Assembly (NCBI GenBank): GCA_038087875.1 | Contig: CM075991.1 | Span: 1,488,001 to 1,552,000 of the forward strand | From: Malacoraja senta | Lineage: Eukaryota | Direction of reading: 5' to 3' | Length of the DNA stretch: 64,000 nucleotides | Shown: positions 1 through 13,559 of the stretch, piece by piece | Position numbering within the stretch: position 1 is the first letter of the stretch | How the letters are laid out: the number at the start of each line of letters is the position of its first letter | Made by a program: the position numbers and the translations under genes | Notes under the pieces: model-generated | Told to the model about the DNA's origin: nothing | What the model saw: the letters and a program-made list of their open reading frames with translations, nothing else | The model's database searches: none

Positions 1-421
1 CCACCCCCCTGGATATTCCGGATTAATTAATTAAGGTTTTGTCAACTAATTACAAATCAGACTAATTACAAATCAATAACATTAGCCAACTCCAAAACAC
101 GAAGCGCTGAGCATTGGGATCCAGACATCACAAACAACTGGCTTCAGTTCCCCGCTCACATCTGGCAGTGCTCGCCGTCTGAACCAGGGGCCACGGAGCT
201 TTTTTGAAAGTGGGGCGGGGCTGAGCGATCACTGATCACTCGCCTTGGGGGTACCCGGCAAGGGAGTGGAGCAACCGAGTGGGGGGAGGGTGTGAGAGAA
301 GGGTGTGTCCCCTCCCACGGTAGGGACATTTTGAAATTTGATGTTTAAAATCATGTTTTAGTGCATTGTAGAAGTATGATTTCAATGTTTTTTGTTTTAG
401 GTATTTTTAAGAGGTAACTTT

Positions 422-652
422 TTAAGGGGTAGCTTTTTCCACACAAAGGGTGGTGGGTGTATGGAACAAGCTGCCAGAGGAGGTAGTTATGGCAGGGACT
501 ATGCCAACATTTAAGAAACAGTTAGGCTGATACATGGATAGGACAGGTTTGGAGGGATATGGACCAAAAGCAGGTAGTGTAGCTGGGACCTGTTGGCGGG
601 TGTGGGCAAGTTGCGCCGAAGGGCCTGTTTTCACATTGTATCACTATGACTA
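422..652 (+). mobile_element. CR1 LINE 3' end fragment
   Basis: Matches the CR1 ORF2 C-terminus/3'UTR also seen at 15020-15260 (GTGGTGGGTGTATG..AAGCTGCCAGAGG..GGATATGGACCAAA). Confidence 0.75.
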
Positions 653-720
653 CATTATACCTCCGCCATGCATGAATGCTTCAAAATCAAGTGGTCGAGT
701 TTTATTGCCATATACTCAAG

Positions 721-1050
721 CATAGAAACATAGAAAATAGGTGCAGGAGTAGGCCATTCGGCCCTTCGAGCCAGCACTGCCATTCAATATGATCATGGCT
801 TTTAATCTAAAATCAGTACCTCTTTCCTGTTTTTTCCTGATTTCGCGAGCCCCAAGAGCTAAATGTAACTCTCTTGAAAACATCCAGTGAATTGGCTTCC
901 ACTGCCTTCTGTGGCAGAGAATTCCACAGATTCACAACTCTCTGGGTGAAGAAAGAATGTCATCATCTCAGTCCTAACTGGCCTACCCTTTATTCTTAAA
1001 CTGTGACCCCTGGTTCTGAACTCCCCCAACATCGGGAACATTTTTCCTGC
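721..1050 (-). mobile_element. CR1 LINE 3' end fragment
   Basis: (CATAGAAA)n tail; ORF 859..1119 encodes MFPMLGEFRTRGHSLRIKG, the CR1 ORF2 C-terminus. Confidence 0.85.
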
Positions 1051-1205
1051 AGTTACAGCAAGTGAAAATCTAGCAGGCAAGCAGGATGCTTTTTCCAACC
1101 ACCCCCATTTGAAGGCCACTATCTTCCACCGATTCTACCCAGTGCTTCGTACCTACTTCCAGCAGCCACTAGTTGTCCTCCAGGATGCACTGAGTCATAG
1201 CCTGA

Positions 1206-1370
1206 AGGGCCTGTCCCGCTTAGGCGATCTTTTGGGCGACTACAAGCGACAGTGGCAACAATTTTTGCTGTCGCAGGTTGTCATACGTTGTCGCGAGGTG
1301 TCGTAGGTGAATGCTAATAAAACGAGTCCCTGACAGTCGCCTAAAGAGTCGCCTCAATGGGACAGGCCCA
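1206..1370. mobile_element. MITE, PIF/Harbinger-like
   Basis: About 30-bp imperfect terminal inverted repeats GGGCCTGTCCC..TAGGCGA / TCGCCTCAATGGGACAGGCCC; TGA/TAA flanks. Confidence 0.65.
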
Positions 1371-1573
1371 TAAGTGCATGGGAATAGCGTAGATCAGGGG
1401 AGCCGTGACCAGCTGCGTCAGTCGTTGTCCAGCCCACGACACAAAAAGCCGGAGTAACATCCAATTTCCTCTCTGTGTCTGTGGACCGACTCCAAGCACC
1501 AGAGGTTGCAGAGTAGTTGAATGGCATTTACTGCATAATTCCTGAGGTTATTCTTTGTAAAGTGAAGGAATAA

Positions 1574-2567
1574 GTTAATCTCTACAAGTTTCATTGCTTC
1601 TCGAGGCGCTGCTGGTGTGGTTACTTGTGCACCCTGGGATGCTGCTGGCGTGGCGACTGGGGGGGGGAAGCGGAGAGAGGCCTGGGGAGGGGAGAGGGGG
1701 GGAGATGAGGGGGAGAGGGGGCGGTGAGAGGAGGGGGAGAGAGGAGGGGGGAGAGGGGGGGGAGAGGGGGAAGAGGAGGGGGGCAGAGGAGGGGGGGAGA
1801 GGAGGGAGGGGGTAGCAGCAGGCAGAAGGGAGCGGGCAGTGGGGAGCGGGCATCAATCAGAGGAGGGCAAGATGGGGGGGGGTGACGAGACTCGCAGCAT
1901 GAGCAAGATGGCGCAGACTTCAAAGTTTGTCAGAGTTTTGAAGATTTTCATTAATAACGAGAAATAAAGCATGAAATTTGCAAATAAGGCGCTTTGGACT
2001 CCAGGGAAAATATCTCTACCGGAATATGTAAAGATTTTATCGAGAAGATGTGATTATACACAAACAAACACACACGCGAGCAAACACACACACACACACG
2101 AACAAACACACACACATCCAAGATCAGACTTTTAACAGTCACTAGACCAAGTGGGTTGCGGGGTGGGGTGGGGGGGGGGGTCCGGGGTGATGGGGGGAAC
2201 GGCCTGTGGCATCACACACACACTAACCACCCCTTACACACACACACTAACCAGCCCCCACCGACGCACACAGTAGCCACCCCCCTTGATATTATATTAA
2301 TTATATTCATTCACTCCTTTTACCCCATCTCCGCCCTATCAACTCATGCCCCCAAATCACAGAGAGGGAGAGAGAGCCAGGGGGGTAGAGAGAGAGGGGG
2401 CAGAGACACAGAGAGAGGGGCAGAGATGCAGTGAGAGGGGCAGAGACACAGAGGGGCAGAGAGAGAGAGGGGCAGAGAGCGAGGGGCAGAGAGAGGGGCA
2501 GAGAGAGAGAGAGAGAGGGGCAGAGAGAGGGGCAGAGAGAGAGAGGGGCAGAGAGAGAGAGAGGGGC

Positions 2568-2601
<34 letters not shown>

Positions 2602-3395
2602 AGATGAGCAGAGAGAGGGAGAGAGAGGGGCAGAGTGGGGGAAGGGGGGGCAGATGGGGTAAAAAGGGGGGATGGGGAAGAGGGGGGAAGAGGGGGAAGA
2701 AAGAGGGGGGGGAAGAGGGGGGGGGAGGATGGGCGGAGAGGAGGGGGCAGAGAGCAGAGAGGCCGGGGAGGGGAGAGTAGGGGAGGGGAGAGGGGGAGAG
2801 GGGGGGGAGAGAAGGGGAGAGGAGGAGGGGGAAGAGGGAAGGGGGGGAGAGGAGGGGGGGAGAGGAGGAGGAGGAGGGGGAGAGGAGGAGGAGGAGGGGG
2901 GAGAGGAGGAAGGGAGCGGGAAGCGGGCAGCGGGGAGCCAAAGGACGGCGTGTTCAGCGACTTCAATCCAGAGCCCGGGGGGGGGAAGAGGTCGTCACAG
3001 GGGAGGGCTGGTTCCCGAACGAAATACTCCCTCGCTCCCGGCTGCCGGCTGCCGGCTGCAGGATCCAGGGTCCGAGTATGGGGGGGAGTGGTCGGGTGGG
3101 TGACATCACTCGCAGCGCGTGGAACATAGCGCAGGCCGCGCGAAACAGATCCATTGTGACGTCATCACATCATCAGCCAAATCAAGGCCTTTTCTCAGTT
3201 CTTTCATATTTTTGAACATTTTGATTAATAACTCGAGAAATAAAGCATGCATTTTTCAGGTAAGACGATTTCGGAGTCCACAGGATAAATCTCTACCAGA
3301 ATATGTAAAAAATTTACCGTTAGAGCGTCGTTTTTTCGAGCAGATGTGATTATACACACACACATACATCCAAGATCAGAGTTTTATAATTATAG
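1574..3395. repeat. Two adjacent copies of an unclassified interspersed repeat with purine-rich (GA/GGA) low-complexity interiors
   Basis: Shared block CGAGAAATAAAGCATG..TCTCTACC.GAATATGTAAA..CATCCAAGATCAGA at about 1958-2135 and 3233-3390; a third copy at about 50160-50490. Confidence 0.7.
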
Positions 3396-3424
3396 AGATG
3401 ATAGATAGATAGATATTTAGATAG

Positions 3425-4260
3425 ATATTTATTTGTTGTCATTTGAACCTAAGTTCAAACGAAATTCTGTTTCTGCAGTCATACAAACAAGTAAAAAGAA
3501 CCAAGACACAACACAATTTACACAAACATCCATCACAGTGAATCTCCTCCTCACTGTGATGGAAGGCAAAGTCGATTTATCTCTCCCCTGCACTCCACAT
3601 TCTCCTCCCGATGTCAAAGTCAAAGCCCCCGGCGGGTGATTATAGATATGTCCCACGGCCATTAAAGCCGAGCCGGGCGATGCAAGGCCACGCTCCGGGT
3701 CTTGATGTTGTAGCCCCCGGTAGCGCCAGCAAGTCCCACGGCCACCAATACCGCGCCGGGCGATGCCATACCCCGCTCCAGGTCATCCTCAACCCCGCAA
3801 CTCGGGCGGGAGTAGCTGCCGTTGCGGGGGCCCCGAAAAGCGGTCTCCCACCATGGACCCGCGAGCTCCCGATGTCACCATCCGCCAGACCTGCGGCTGA
3901 AGCCTCCGAATCTCCGGGATCGGGTAGCAGCAGCGCGCCACCACAGCTCCTCCCGCTCCGAACTCGGCCAGCTCCACGATGGTGAGTAGTCCGCAGGCTC
4001 CGCGACTGGAGCCCCAGGTCGTTCCGGTTGGAGGCCGCTCCACGGTGCTAGGCCCCAACGACAACGGAGACCCGACAGAGAAAGGTCGGGTCTCCCGTGC
4101 AGGGAAAAGATTTTAAAAGTTTCCCCACCCCCACCCACGCCCCCCCCCCACACATACCCAGTTAAAAAAAAAAAAAACACTCTACAAAACTCAAACGAAA
4201 CAATAAAAATAAAAAAGACAAACGGACTGCAGAGGCCGCTGCAACGTGAGTCATGCCGCC
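3425..4260 (-). mobile_element. GC-rich non-autonomous retroelement (SINE-like)
   Basis: Microsatellite plus TTTATT tail, then a CpG-rich body; the CTCACTGTGATGGAAGGCAA block recurs at about 30160 and the layout resembles 17755-18670. Confidence 0.55.
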
Positions 4261-5022
4261 GTCTAACAGTAACAGGCAATCAAGATTTGATATGATTGAA
4301 TCAAAATTAAGAATTATAAATTTACATTTCAAAAATGGTTTCACAATTCAGTAGTACTGATTTTCAGTATTCCATACTGATATTTGAGAATACATTAGGT
4401 TGCATGCAAAATACTGATTTTCAAAAATCCAGTTTCTGTGTAGTTCGTTCTATTGAGAAATAACGATTTCCCCAACAAAATACTGATTTTCAGCCATCAT
4501 AATAGGGAAATGCTCGGTGAAACTTGGCAGTCCTGCAATTATTCACAATCACATTATGTTTGAGAATTCAAAATGTGATTTGTGATCTTGTTTATGAATC
4601 ATCATGGAACTAGAAATTGTTATAATAGTATGACAGTAAAATAGGTTAATTTGAAAGCGATCATAGTAATGTAAATAGTAATGTAAATTTTCATGATGGA
4701 ATTGAAGTCGAACTATATGTATTCCCATCACCATTCTATGTTGAAATTGATGTGATGTGAAGTTGTTGGGTCAGGAGGACCATTAAAGGTGCATTGCACA
4801 CACTAACACAGTCTAACAGTAACAGGCAATCAAATCAACACACAAAACATTTTCTAAAAAAATGTTTCCTTAACTGCAAAAACGTACAGTATTTTATTTG
4901 CAGTTTTTGCATGCTCCTTTATAACATTTTACATAACATTTTACAACAGTACAACTTGATTATTAAAACAAGGACAACTTCAATTCTTGATTTAAAAAAA
5001 TATATACAACAATGACTTCAAT

Positions 5023-8000
5023 CATAGAAACATAGAAACATAGAAAATAGGTGCAGGAGTAGGCCATTCGGCCCTTCGAGCCTGCACCGCCATTCAATAT
5101 GATCATGGCTGATCATCCAACTCAGTATCCCGTACCTGCCTTCTCTCCATACCCCCAGATCCCCTTAGCCACAAGGGCCACATCTAACAACTCCCTCTTA
5201 AATATAGCCAATGAACTGGCCTCAACTACCCTCTGTGGCAGAGAGTTCCAGAGATTCACCACTCTCTGTGTGAAAAAGTTTTTCCTCATCTCGGTCTTAA
5301 AGGATTTCCCCCTTATCCTTAAGCTGTGACCCCTTGTCCTGGACTTCCCCAACATCGGGAACAATCTTCCTGCATCTAGCCTGTCCAACCCCATAAGAAT
5401 TTTGTACGTTTCTATAAGATCCCCTCTCAATCTCCTAAATTCTAGCGAGTATAAGCCAAGTCTATCCAGTCTTTCTTCATATGAAAGTCCTGACATCCCA
5501 GGAATCAGTCTGGTGAACCTTCTCTGCACTCCCTCTATGGCTATAATGTCCTTCCTCAGATTTGGACCATGACACCCAGGTCTCGCTGCATCTCCCCATT
5601 TCCTAATTGGCCACCATTTAGATAATTGTCTGCCTTCCTGTTTTTGCCACCAAAGTGGATAACCTCACATTTATCCACATTATACTGCATCTGCCAAACA
5701 TTTGCCCACTCACCCAGCCTATCCAAGTCACCTTGCAGTCTCCTAGCATCCTCCTCACAGCTAACACTGCCCCCCAGCTTAGTGTCATCCGCAAACTTGG
5801 AGATGTTGCTTTCAATTCCCTCATCCAGTTCATTAATATAAATTGTAAATAGCTGGGGTCCCAGCACTGAGCCTTGCGGTACCCCACTAGTCACTGCCTG
5901 CCATTGTGAAAAGGACCCGTTTACTCCTACTCTTTGCTTCCTGTTTGCCAGGCAGTTCTCTATCCACATCAATACTGAACCCCCAATACCGTGTGATTTA
6001 AGTTTGTATCCTAATCTCTTATGTGGTACCTTGTCGAAAGCCTTCTGAAAGTCCAGATACAACACATCCACTGGTTTTCCCCTATCCACTCTACTAGTTA
6101 CATCCTCGAAAAATTCTATAAGATTCGTCAGACACGATTTACCTTTCGTAAATCCATGCTGACTTTGTCCAATGATTTCACCACTTTCCAAATGTGCTGC
6201 TATCCCATCTTTAATAACTGACTCTAGCAGTTTCCCCACTACCGATGTTAGACTAACTGGTCTGCAATTCCCCGTTTTCTCTCTCCCTCCCTTCTTAAAA
6301 AGTGGGGTTATGTTTGCTACCCTCCAATCCTCAGGAACTACTCCAGAATCTAAAGAGTTTTGAAAAATTATCACTAATGCATCCACTATTGCTGGAGCTA
6401 CTTCCTTAAGTACTCTGGGATGCAGCCTATCTGGCCCTGGTGATTTATCGGCCTTTAATCCATTCAATTTACCTAACACCACTTCCCGACTAACCTGGAT
6501 TTCACTCAGTTCCTCCATCTCCTTTGACCCGCGGCCCCCTGCTATTTCCGGCAGATTATTTATGTCTTCCTTAGTGAAGACGGAACCAAAGTAGTTATTC
6601 AATTGGTCCGCCATATCCTTGTTCCCCATGATCAATTCACCTGTTTCTGACTGCAAGGGACTACGGCTGAGAGAGTGCAGTCCTTTTGGACATTTAGACT
6701 CGAGCACGTTTAACCCCTACCCCTACCCTGAGCTAATACGTTACGGCGACTCGACGCTAGGCCGACACCCGGACAACGACAGGCCCAGGCGGAGACGTGG
6801 CAGACGGGGAGGGGCCGAACGACGACTCCGGCGCTTGGTTAGCAGTGGAAGGTTATCTCTCCCGGTCATACTGTTTGCTAACGTCCAGTCTCTGTGAAAA
6901 TAAGATGGATGAGCTCCATGCTCGGATCTCCACGCAAAGGGACTTACAGGACTGCTCCATGCTGTGCTTCTGTGAAACATGGCTGGGGGAAAGGACACCC
7001 GACGAGGCGATAACACCAGACGGCTACACGGCCTTCAGGGAGGACCGGAGCGCAGCGGACAGCGGCAAGATCCGCGGCGGAGGAACGGCCGTCCTCGTCA
7101 AACAAACTTGGTTTACCGACTGTAAGGTTATTTCTAAATCTTGCTCTGAGAATGTGGAGTATCTAACTGTGAAGCCAAGGCCGTTTTATCTACCCAGAGA
7201 ACTGCAATGTATTATTGTGAGTGTCGTGTATATTCCCCCTTCTGCCAAAGAAGAGGCTGCACTCAGGGAGCTACACGACATGATCAATGAGCATGAAAAC
7301 AAATATCCTGATGCTGCTATTATTATTCAGGGAGACTTTAATCAGTGCAACCTCAAGAAAAACATACCAAAACTGTATCAGTTTTTGACTTTTCCAACTA
7401 GAGGAAATAAGATACTGGACCACTGCTACAGTAATATCAGAAATGCTTTTATAGCTGAACCAACACCCCACTTCGGCAAGTCTGACCACCTGGCAATTCG
7501 GCTCAAGCCCACCTACATCAAGAGGCTTAAGGCACAGCCAGTCACAGTCAGAACTGTTAACACCTGGACGGACAGTGCACAGGCTAGCTTGCAGGGATGT
7601 TTAGAGGCTACAGACTGGAACATCTTTAAGGTGGCCACAGATGACATTCATGAATACACAGAGGCTGTGAGTGACTACATCAGCTGGTGCACATCTATAT
7701 GTGCCCCTCCCAGAACTGTGCGTGTGTTTCCAAACCAGAAACCTTGGTTCAATGGAAACATAAAACAGAAGATCAGGAAAAGGCAGGAAGCTTTTAAGTC
7801 AGGAGATCAAAGGGGAGTACAAGAAAGCCCGGTACGAGCTACAGAAGTCCATCAGAGCTGCAAAGAGGGCTTATTCCCCAAAACTTGAAAGCTTTTACCT
7901 AAGTAACAACACACGCAGTATGTGGCAGGGAATCCAAGCAGTCACAAACTACAAGAAAACAGTACCAACCACAGACCCCCAGGATGTCACCCTCCCAGAC

Positions 8001-11000
8001 AGCCTTAATACCTTCTACACCAGGTTTGACAGACTGAACACAGACACCCCCTCAAAAGCCCCCTGCAACCCCACGGACACTGTTTTTCAGGTGACACCCA
8101 TACAGGTCCTGAAAGCTCTGAGGCAGGTGAACCCCCACAAGGCTGTGGGACCAGATGGCGTCCCTCATAAAGTTCTGAAGGCCTGTGCAGAAGAACTCAC
8201 TGGAGTGTATGAAGACATCTTCAATCTGTCTTTAAACCAAGCAGTGGTCCCCCGTATTTTTTAATTTTCCACCATCGTACCAGTTCCAAAAAAACCAAAT
8301 CCATCCACCCTGAATTACTTCAGGCCAGTGGCACTCACGCCAGTTGCCATGAAGTGTTTAGAAAAACTGGTTCTCACACATATCAATCACATGGTCCCGG
8401 GCACGATCGACCCCCTCCAGTTCGCCTACCGCCCCAACCGCTCAGTGGACGACGCAGTGGCCATTGCTCTACACCACATCCTGCAGCACCTGGACAGCAG
8501 AGGAACATACGTCAGAACGCTGTTCCTGGATTACAGTTCGGCTTTTAATACCGTTCGCCAGGGCAGGCTGATTGAGAAGCTGACAGACCTCGGCGTCCCG
8601 ACTCCCACCTGCAACTGGATCTTGGATTTCCTGACTGAAAGACCACAGGTGGTGAGGATGGGAAGGAGGGTGTCTGCAGAGCTCACTGTCAGCACAGGAT
8701 CACCACAAGGCTGCTGTCTCAGTCCCAAACTTTTCACCCTGTACACACACGACTGTGTCTCCACCCAGGAAAATACCATCATTATTAAGTATGCGGATGA
8801 CACCACCATCCTGGGCCTCATCAAGGGAGGGGACGAGTCGGGCTACAGGAATCTGGTGAATGACATTCTTGCCTATGGTGAGGTGAACGACCTAAGCCTC
8901 AACACAGACAAGAGAAATAATAATGCAGAAAAAATCCACCCCCCCTGCAGCCCCTCATCATCAAGGGGACTGTGGTGGAGAGGGCTGACAGTTACAGATA
9001 CCTGGGATTACAAGTAACATCAGATCTGAACTGGACTTTGAACACTGCCGCAACAGTGAAAAAAGCCCAGCAGAGACTGTATTTCATCAGGCTGCTCAGG
9101 AAAGCTGGTCTGCACTGTCTCCCTCTCACCCACGTCTACAAAGGACTGATAGAGAGCATCCTCACCACAGGCATTATGGTGTGGTATGGAAACACCACAC
9201 AGACAGAGAGGAAGGCTCTGCAAAGAGTCATAAAGACTGCAGAGAGGATTATCAGAACGGAACTTCCCTCCATGGAAACAATCTACACACAGCGCTGTCA
9301 AAAAAGAGCAGAGAGAATCATCAGAGACACACTACATCCAGCTCACTCCCTGCTCAAACACAAAAACTGCACATACAACCTCAGGCACAGACGAGCAGAC
9401 AGCATCGCCACAAACAGAACACGCTTTTTCAAGAGCTTCTTCCCTGCCACAGTGAGACTCTTGGCCAAAACAAAATGAACTGATGTCCTGACCCACCTCA
9501 TAACATATCATAGTATATGTGTTTATAGTTTATAGATTATGTGTCTTTCTGTGTGTCTTTTTAACTTGACTTGACTTGACTCTCTGAACAACCGCACAAG
9601 AATTCCTATGTGTGTAAGCACAAATGGCAAATAAAGTTTTTTGATTTGATACATTTGTTTTAACTAATCTCTTTCTCTTCACATATCTATAAAAACTTTT
9701 GCAGTCAGTTTTTATGTTCCCTGCCAGTTTCCTTTCATAATCTATTTTCCCTTTCCTAATTAAGCCCTTTGTCCTCCTCTGCTGGTCTCTGAATTTCTCC
9801 CAAGTCCTCTGGTATGCTGCTTTTTCTGGCTAATTTGTACGCATCATCTTTTGCTTTGATACTATCCCTGATTTCCCTTGTTATCCACAGATGCACTACC
9901 TTCCCTGATTTATTCTTTTGCCAAACTGGGATGAACAATTTTTGTAGTTCATCCATGCAGTCTTTAAATGCCTTCCATTGCATATCCACCGTCAACCCTT
10001 TTAGAACTAATTGCCAGTCAATCTTGGCCAATTCACGTCTCATACCCTCAAAGTTACCTTTCTTTAAGTTCAGAACCGTTGTTTCTGAATTAACAATGTC
10101 ACTCTCCATCCTAATGAAGAACTCAACCATATTATGGTCACTCTTGCCCAAGGGGGCACGCACAACAAGACTGCTAACTAACCCTTCCTCATTACTCAAT
10201 ACCCAGTCTAGAATAGCCTGCTCTCTCGTTGGTTCCTCTACATGTTGGTTTAGATAACTATCCCGCATACATTCCAAGAAATCCTCTTCCTCAGCACCCC
10301 TGCCAATTTGATTCACCCAATCTATATGTAGATTGAAGTCACCCATTATAACTGTTTTGCCTTTGTTGCACGCATTTCTAATTTCCTGTTTGATGCCATC
10401 CCCAACTTCACTACTACTGCTAGGTGGCCTGTAGACAACACCCACCAGCGTTTTCTGCCCCTTAGTGTTTCGCAGCTCTACCCATACCGATTCCACATCC
10501 TCCAAGCTAATGTCCTTCCTTTCCACTGCGTTAATCTCCTCTCTAACCAGCAACGCTACCCCACCTCCTTTTCCTTTCTCTCAATCCCTCCTGAATATTG
10601 AATATCCCTGGATGTTCAGCTCCCAGCCTTGGTCACCCTGGAGCCATGTCTCAGTGATCCCAACTATAGCATAATCATTAATTGCTATCTGCACGTTCAA
10701 CTCATCCACCTTATTACGAATGCTCCTTGCATTGAGACACAAAGCCTTCAGGGTTGTTTTTACAACGCTCTTACCCCTTATACAATTATGTTGAAAAGTG
10801 GCCCTTTTTGATTTTTGCCCTGGATTTGTCTGCCTGCCACTTTTACTTTTCACCTTGCTACCTATTGCTTCCGCCCGCATTTTACACCCCTCTGTTTCTC
10901 TGCTCACCCATTTAAGAACCCCACCACTTCTTATTCTCTGTTTATTATTGTTTTCTTCTTTCCCCCCTACATGTTGGGTCTGAGTGCTTTCCTTCTCTGC

Positions 11001-11690
11001 CTCCTGCCTCACACACTGTCTAATAGCATTCTCTATTTGAGTCCCTCCCCCCAACCATTCTAGTTTAAAGTCTCCCCAGTAGCCTTTGCAGATCTCCCCG
11101 CCAGGATATCGGTCCCCCTCAGGTTCAAGTGCAACCCATCCTTTTTGTACAGGTCAAACGTTCCACAAAAGAGGTCTCAATGATCCAGAAATTTGAATCC
11201 CTGCCTTCTGCACCAGTCCTTCAGCCACGCATTTATCCTCCACCTCGCTCCATTCCTACTCTCACTGTCGCGTGGCACGGGCAGTAATCCCGAGATTGTT
11301 ACCTTTGCTGTCCTTCTCTTTAACTCCCCTCCTAAATTCTCCTTTCAGGACCTCTTCTCTTTTTTTACCTATGTCATTGGTACCTATATGTACCACAACC
11401 TCGGGCTCCTCTCCCTGCCCTTTCAGGATATCTTGGACACGTTGAGACACATCACAGACCCTGGCACCAGGGAGGCAAACTACCATCCAGGTCTCCCGAC
11501 TGCGTCCACAGAATCGCCTGTCTGACCCCCTAACTATAGAGTCCCCTATTAGTATTGCCCTCCTCTTCTTTTCCTTACCCTTCTGAGCAACAGGGCCGGT
11601 CTCTATACCGGAGGCCCGGCCGCTGTCGCTACCCCCAGGTAGGCTGTCCCCCCCAACAGTGCTCAAACAGGAGTACTTATTGTCAAGGTG
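5023..11690 (-). mobile_element. Near full-length CR1 LINE (ORF1 SGNH esterase, APE endonuclease, RT), interrupted by a Rex1/Babar element
   Basis: ORF1 GDSIVRG..HIGTND (11262..11729); EN CLNARS..GITETW, VIMGDFN, SDHN (9756..11054); [26 protein letters not shown] (5556..6707); (CATAGAAA)n tail. Confidence 0.95.
6665..9650 (+). mobile_element. Rex1/Babar-type non-LTR retrotransposon (EN + RT, frameshifted), nested in CR1
   Basis: [56 protein letters not shown] plus (TTTGA)n tail; host CR1 resumes at TACATTTG. Confidence 0.9.
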
Positions 11691-11971
11691 TACAATCATC
11701 CAATTCCACCCACTCATTACTCTTGACAACCAAAATTATTTCTGAAATATTGGTCATAAATCTAGTGCAAAAATGCTCCAAAATAAGGATCAGAATGCAC
11801 CAAAGCATCTAAAACCCCAGAGCTAATTATTTTACATACATTTTTGGTAATCCTGTCATGCCACCCCCCCTTTTTGAAAAGCTTCGTACGGACCTGAAGT
11901 ATGCAAATGAGTGTAAACTGCTTGGAGATACACCAACTTGTAAATATTATCGCTTAGAGGTAGAACACCTG

Positions 11972-12125
11972 GTAGACACAAAATCCGGGAGTAACTCAGC
12001 GGGTGAGGCAGCATCTCAGGAGAGAAGCAATGGGCGACGTTTCGGGTCGAGTCCCTTCTTCAGACTGATGTCAAGGGAGGGGGCGGGACAAAGATAGAAT
12101 GTCCCGTAGACAGTAAGACTAGTCT
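11972..12125 (-). mobile_element. Penelope pLTR-derived short element with hammerhead-like core
   Basis: Minus strand CTGAAGAAGGGACTCGACCCGAAACGTC at about 12036-12063; same family as the termini of the Penelope remnant at 57.2-58.5 kb. Confidence 0.7.
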
Positions 12126-12139
12126 TTAATGTGTTAAAG

Positions 12140-12822
12140 TTTTCATTAGTGGGTTGGTTGTGGAGAGAGTTTGCAACTTTATATTCCTGGGAATGAACAT
12201 CTCGGCTGATTTATCTTGGACAGTGTTCAATGACGTTATTAGGAAGAACAAATTCCAACGCCACGACTTCCTTAGAAATTAAAGGGATTTGGCTTGTCAC
12301 CCAAGAACCTTTACAGATATACTCAAGAAATAATTTTGACCGGTTGCATCATGGCCATGTTTGGCAACTCTAACGTAAGGGAATGCAACAAGGTGCAAAG
12401 AGTGTTGGACTCAGTCTCGTCCAACACGGGCACAGCCCTCATCACCATCAAAAGTATCAACATGATGCACTAGCTCAAGAATGCGGATCGATCACAGGAG
12501 GCACAGAAGCCTGAAATCTTACAGCACCAGATTCAGGAACAATTACTTTCTTAAAACCACCAGGGTTTTAAACGAACCCCCACACCCTCATCCTATCTCA
12601 AGGAGCGAGCACCACAGACGGCGTCTTGGACTGCGAATTACTTATTTTTGCTTAATTACGTTGTATACTAATGCCTTATATTTTTGTACTCTTCTTTCCT
12701 ATATGCTTGTAAACATTGATGTATAATTCAAGTATAACATTTTGTATGTGTGCATATACAGTATGTACCCGTGTTGCTGCTGCATCACCATAGTTGCGCA
12801 AGTGACACACTCGATTTGACGA
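12140..12822 (+). mobile_element. Degenerate Rex1/L2-like LINE 3' fragment
   Basis: Decayed RRHRSLKSYSTRFRNNYF matching the C-terminus of the 6.7-9.6 kb element; TTTGAC-type tail. Confidence 0.6.
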
Positions 12823-13143
12823 CGTGCTTTGAAAGGACACACTTCACAAATTGACCAGCCCTGGTGAAGAAACATTACTAGCATGCTCAATGTAAATCAA
12901 TTTAAATTGTTACTTCAATGGAAAGCTATCGATCTTTGAGAGCAGCACAAAGTGCGATAACAATCCGGCCAAGAAATTGTTCAGAGCTCAAATTGTCGCA
13001 CTTGAAGTGAATCAGCAAAGGTTGAGTGACGGAGAGACAACTAGAAACATGTTTATTTAATAAAACATGCTGGAGGGATCCTGACTGACGCAACAGAGTT
13101 TGAAACTGATGTGGAAGAGGCGCTAAACGAGGGAAGGAAGCGG

Positions 13144-13495
13144 ACGGGCCATCCGTAACCTGGCCCCATCCAGGGGCGTTCTGAGCCCGTCGACCACCAG
13201 GCCAGGAAGGCCTTGTGCGCCCACTGTCTCTTACCTGGTCGATTGTGGCCCCAAAGCTCCACTTGACACAGAGCTGGGGCGTCGCTACACAGGCGCGGTT
13301 CACACTGCTGTGTATGAGAAGCGCCGCCTGCCTATACTCACACCGCTGACCCGCAACAATGCCACCCCCTGTGACGCCACTGGCCACCAAGCAGCTGGGG
13401 GATCCCGGGCAACTACCTGCAGGGGCGCCTGTGCCCTCACCTCGACGCGTCCGCAGCCCCGCTGTCATCGGCGGCTCCCCCACAGGATGAAAGTC
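13144..13495. repeat. CpG-rich segment, arm 1 of an inverted duplication (arm 2 at 20407..20778)
   Basis: Reverse complement of about 20407-20720, with about 6 mismatches over about 315 bp (by eye). Confidence 0.9.
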
Positions 13496-13559
13496 TACGT
13501 AATCCCCGCCGCCGGTGCATCAGCTGCCCCCGTCTCTCTTCCAGATCTAGTGAGGCTGC

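Noticed and set aside
1575..3129. Many long Pro-, Gly-, Glu- or Arg-rich ORFs
   Set aside because: Artefacts of GA/GGA low-complexity tracts that lack stop codons
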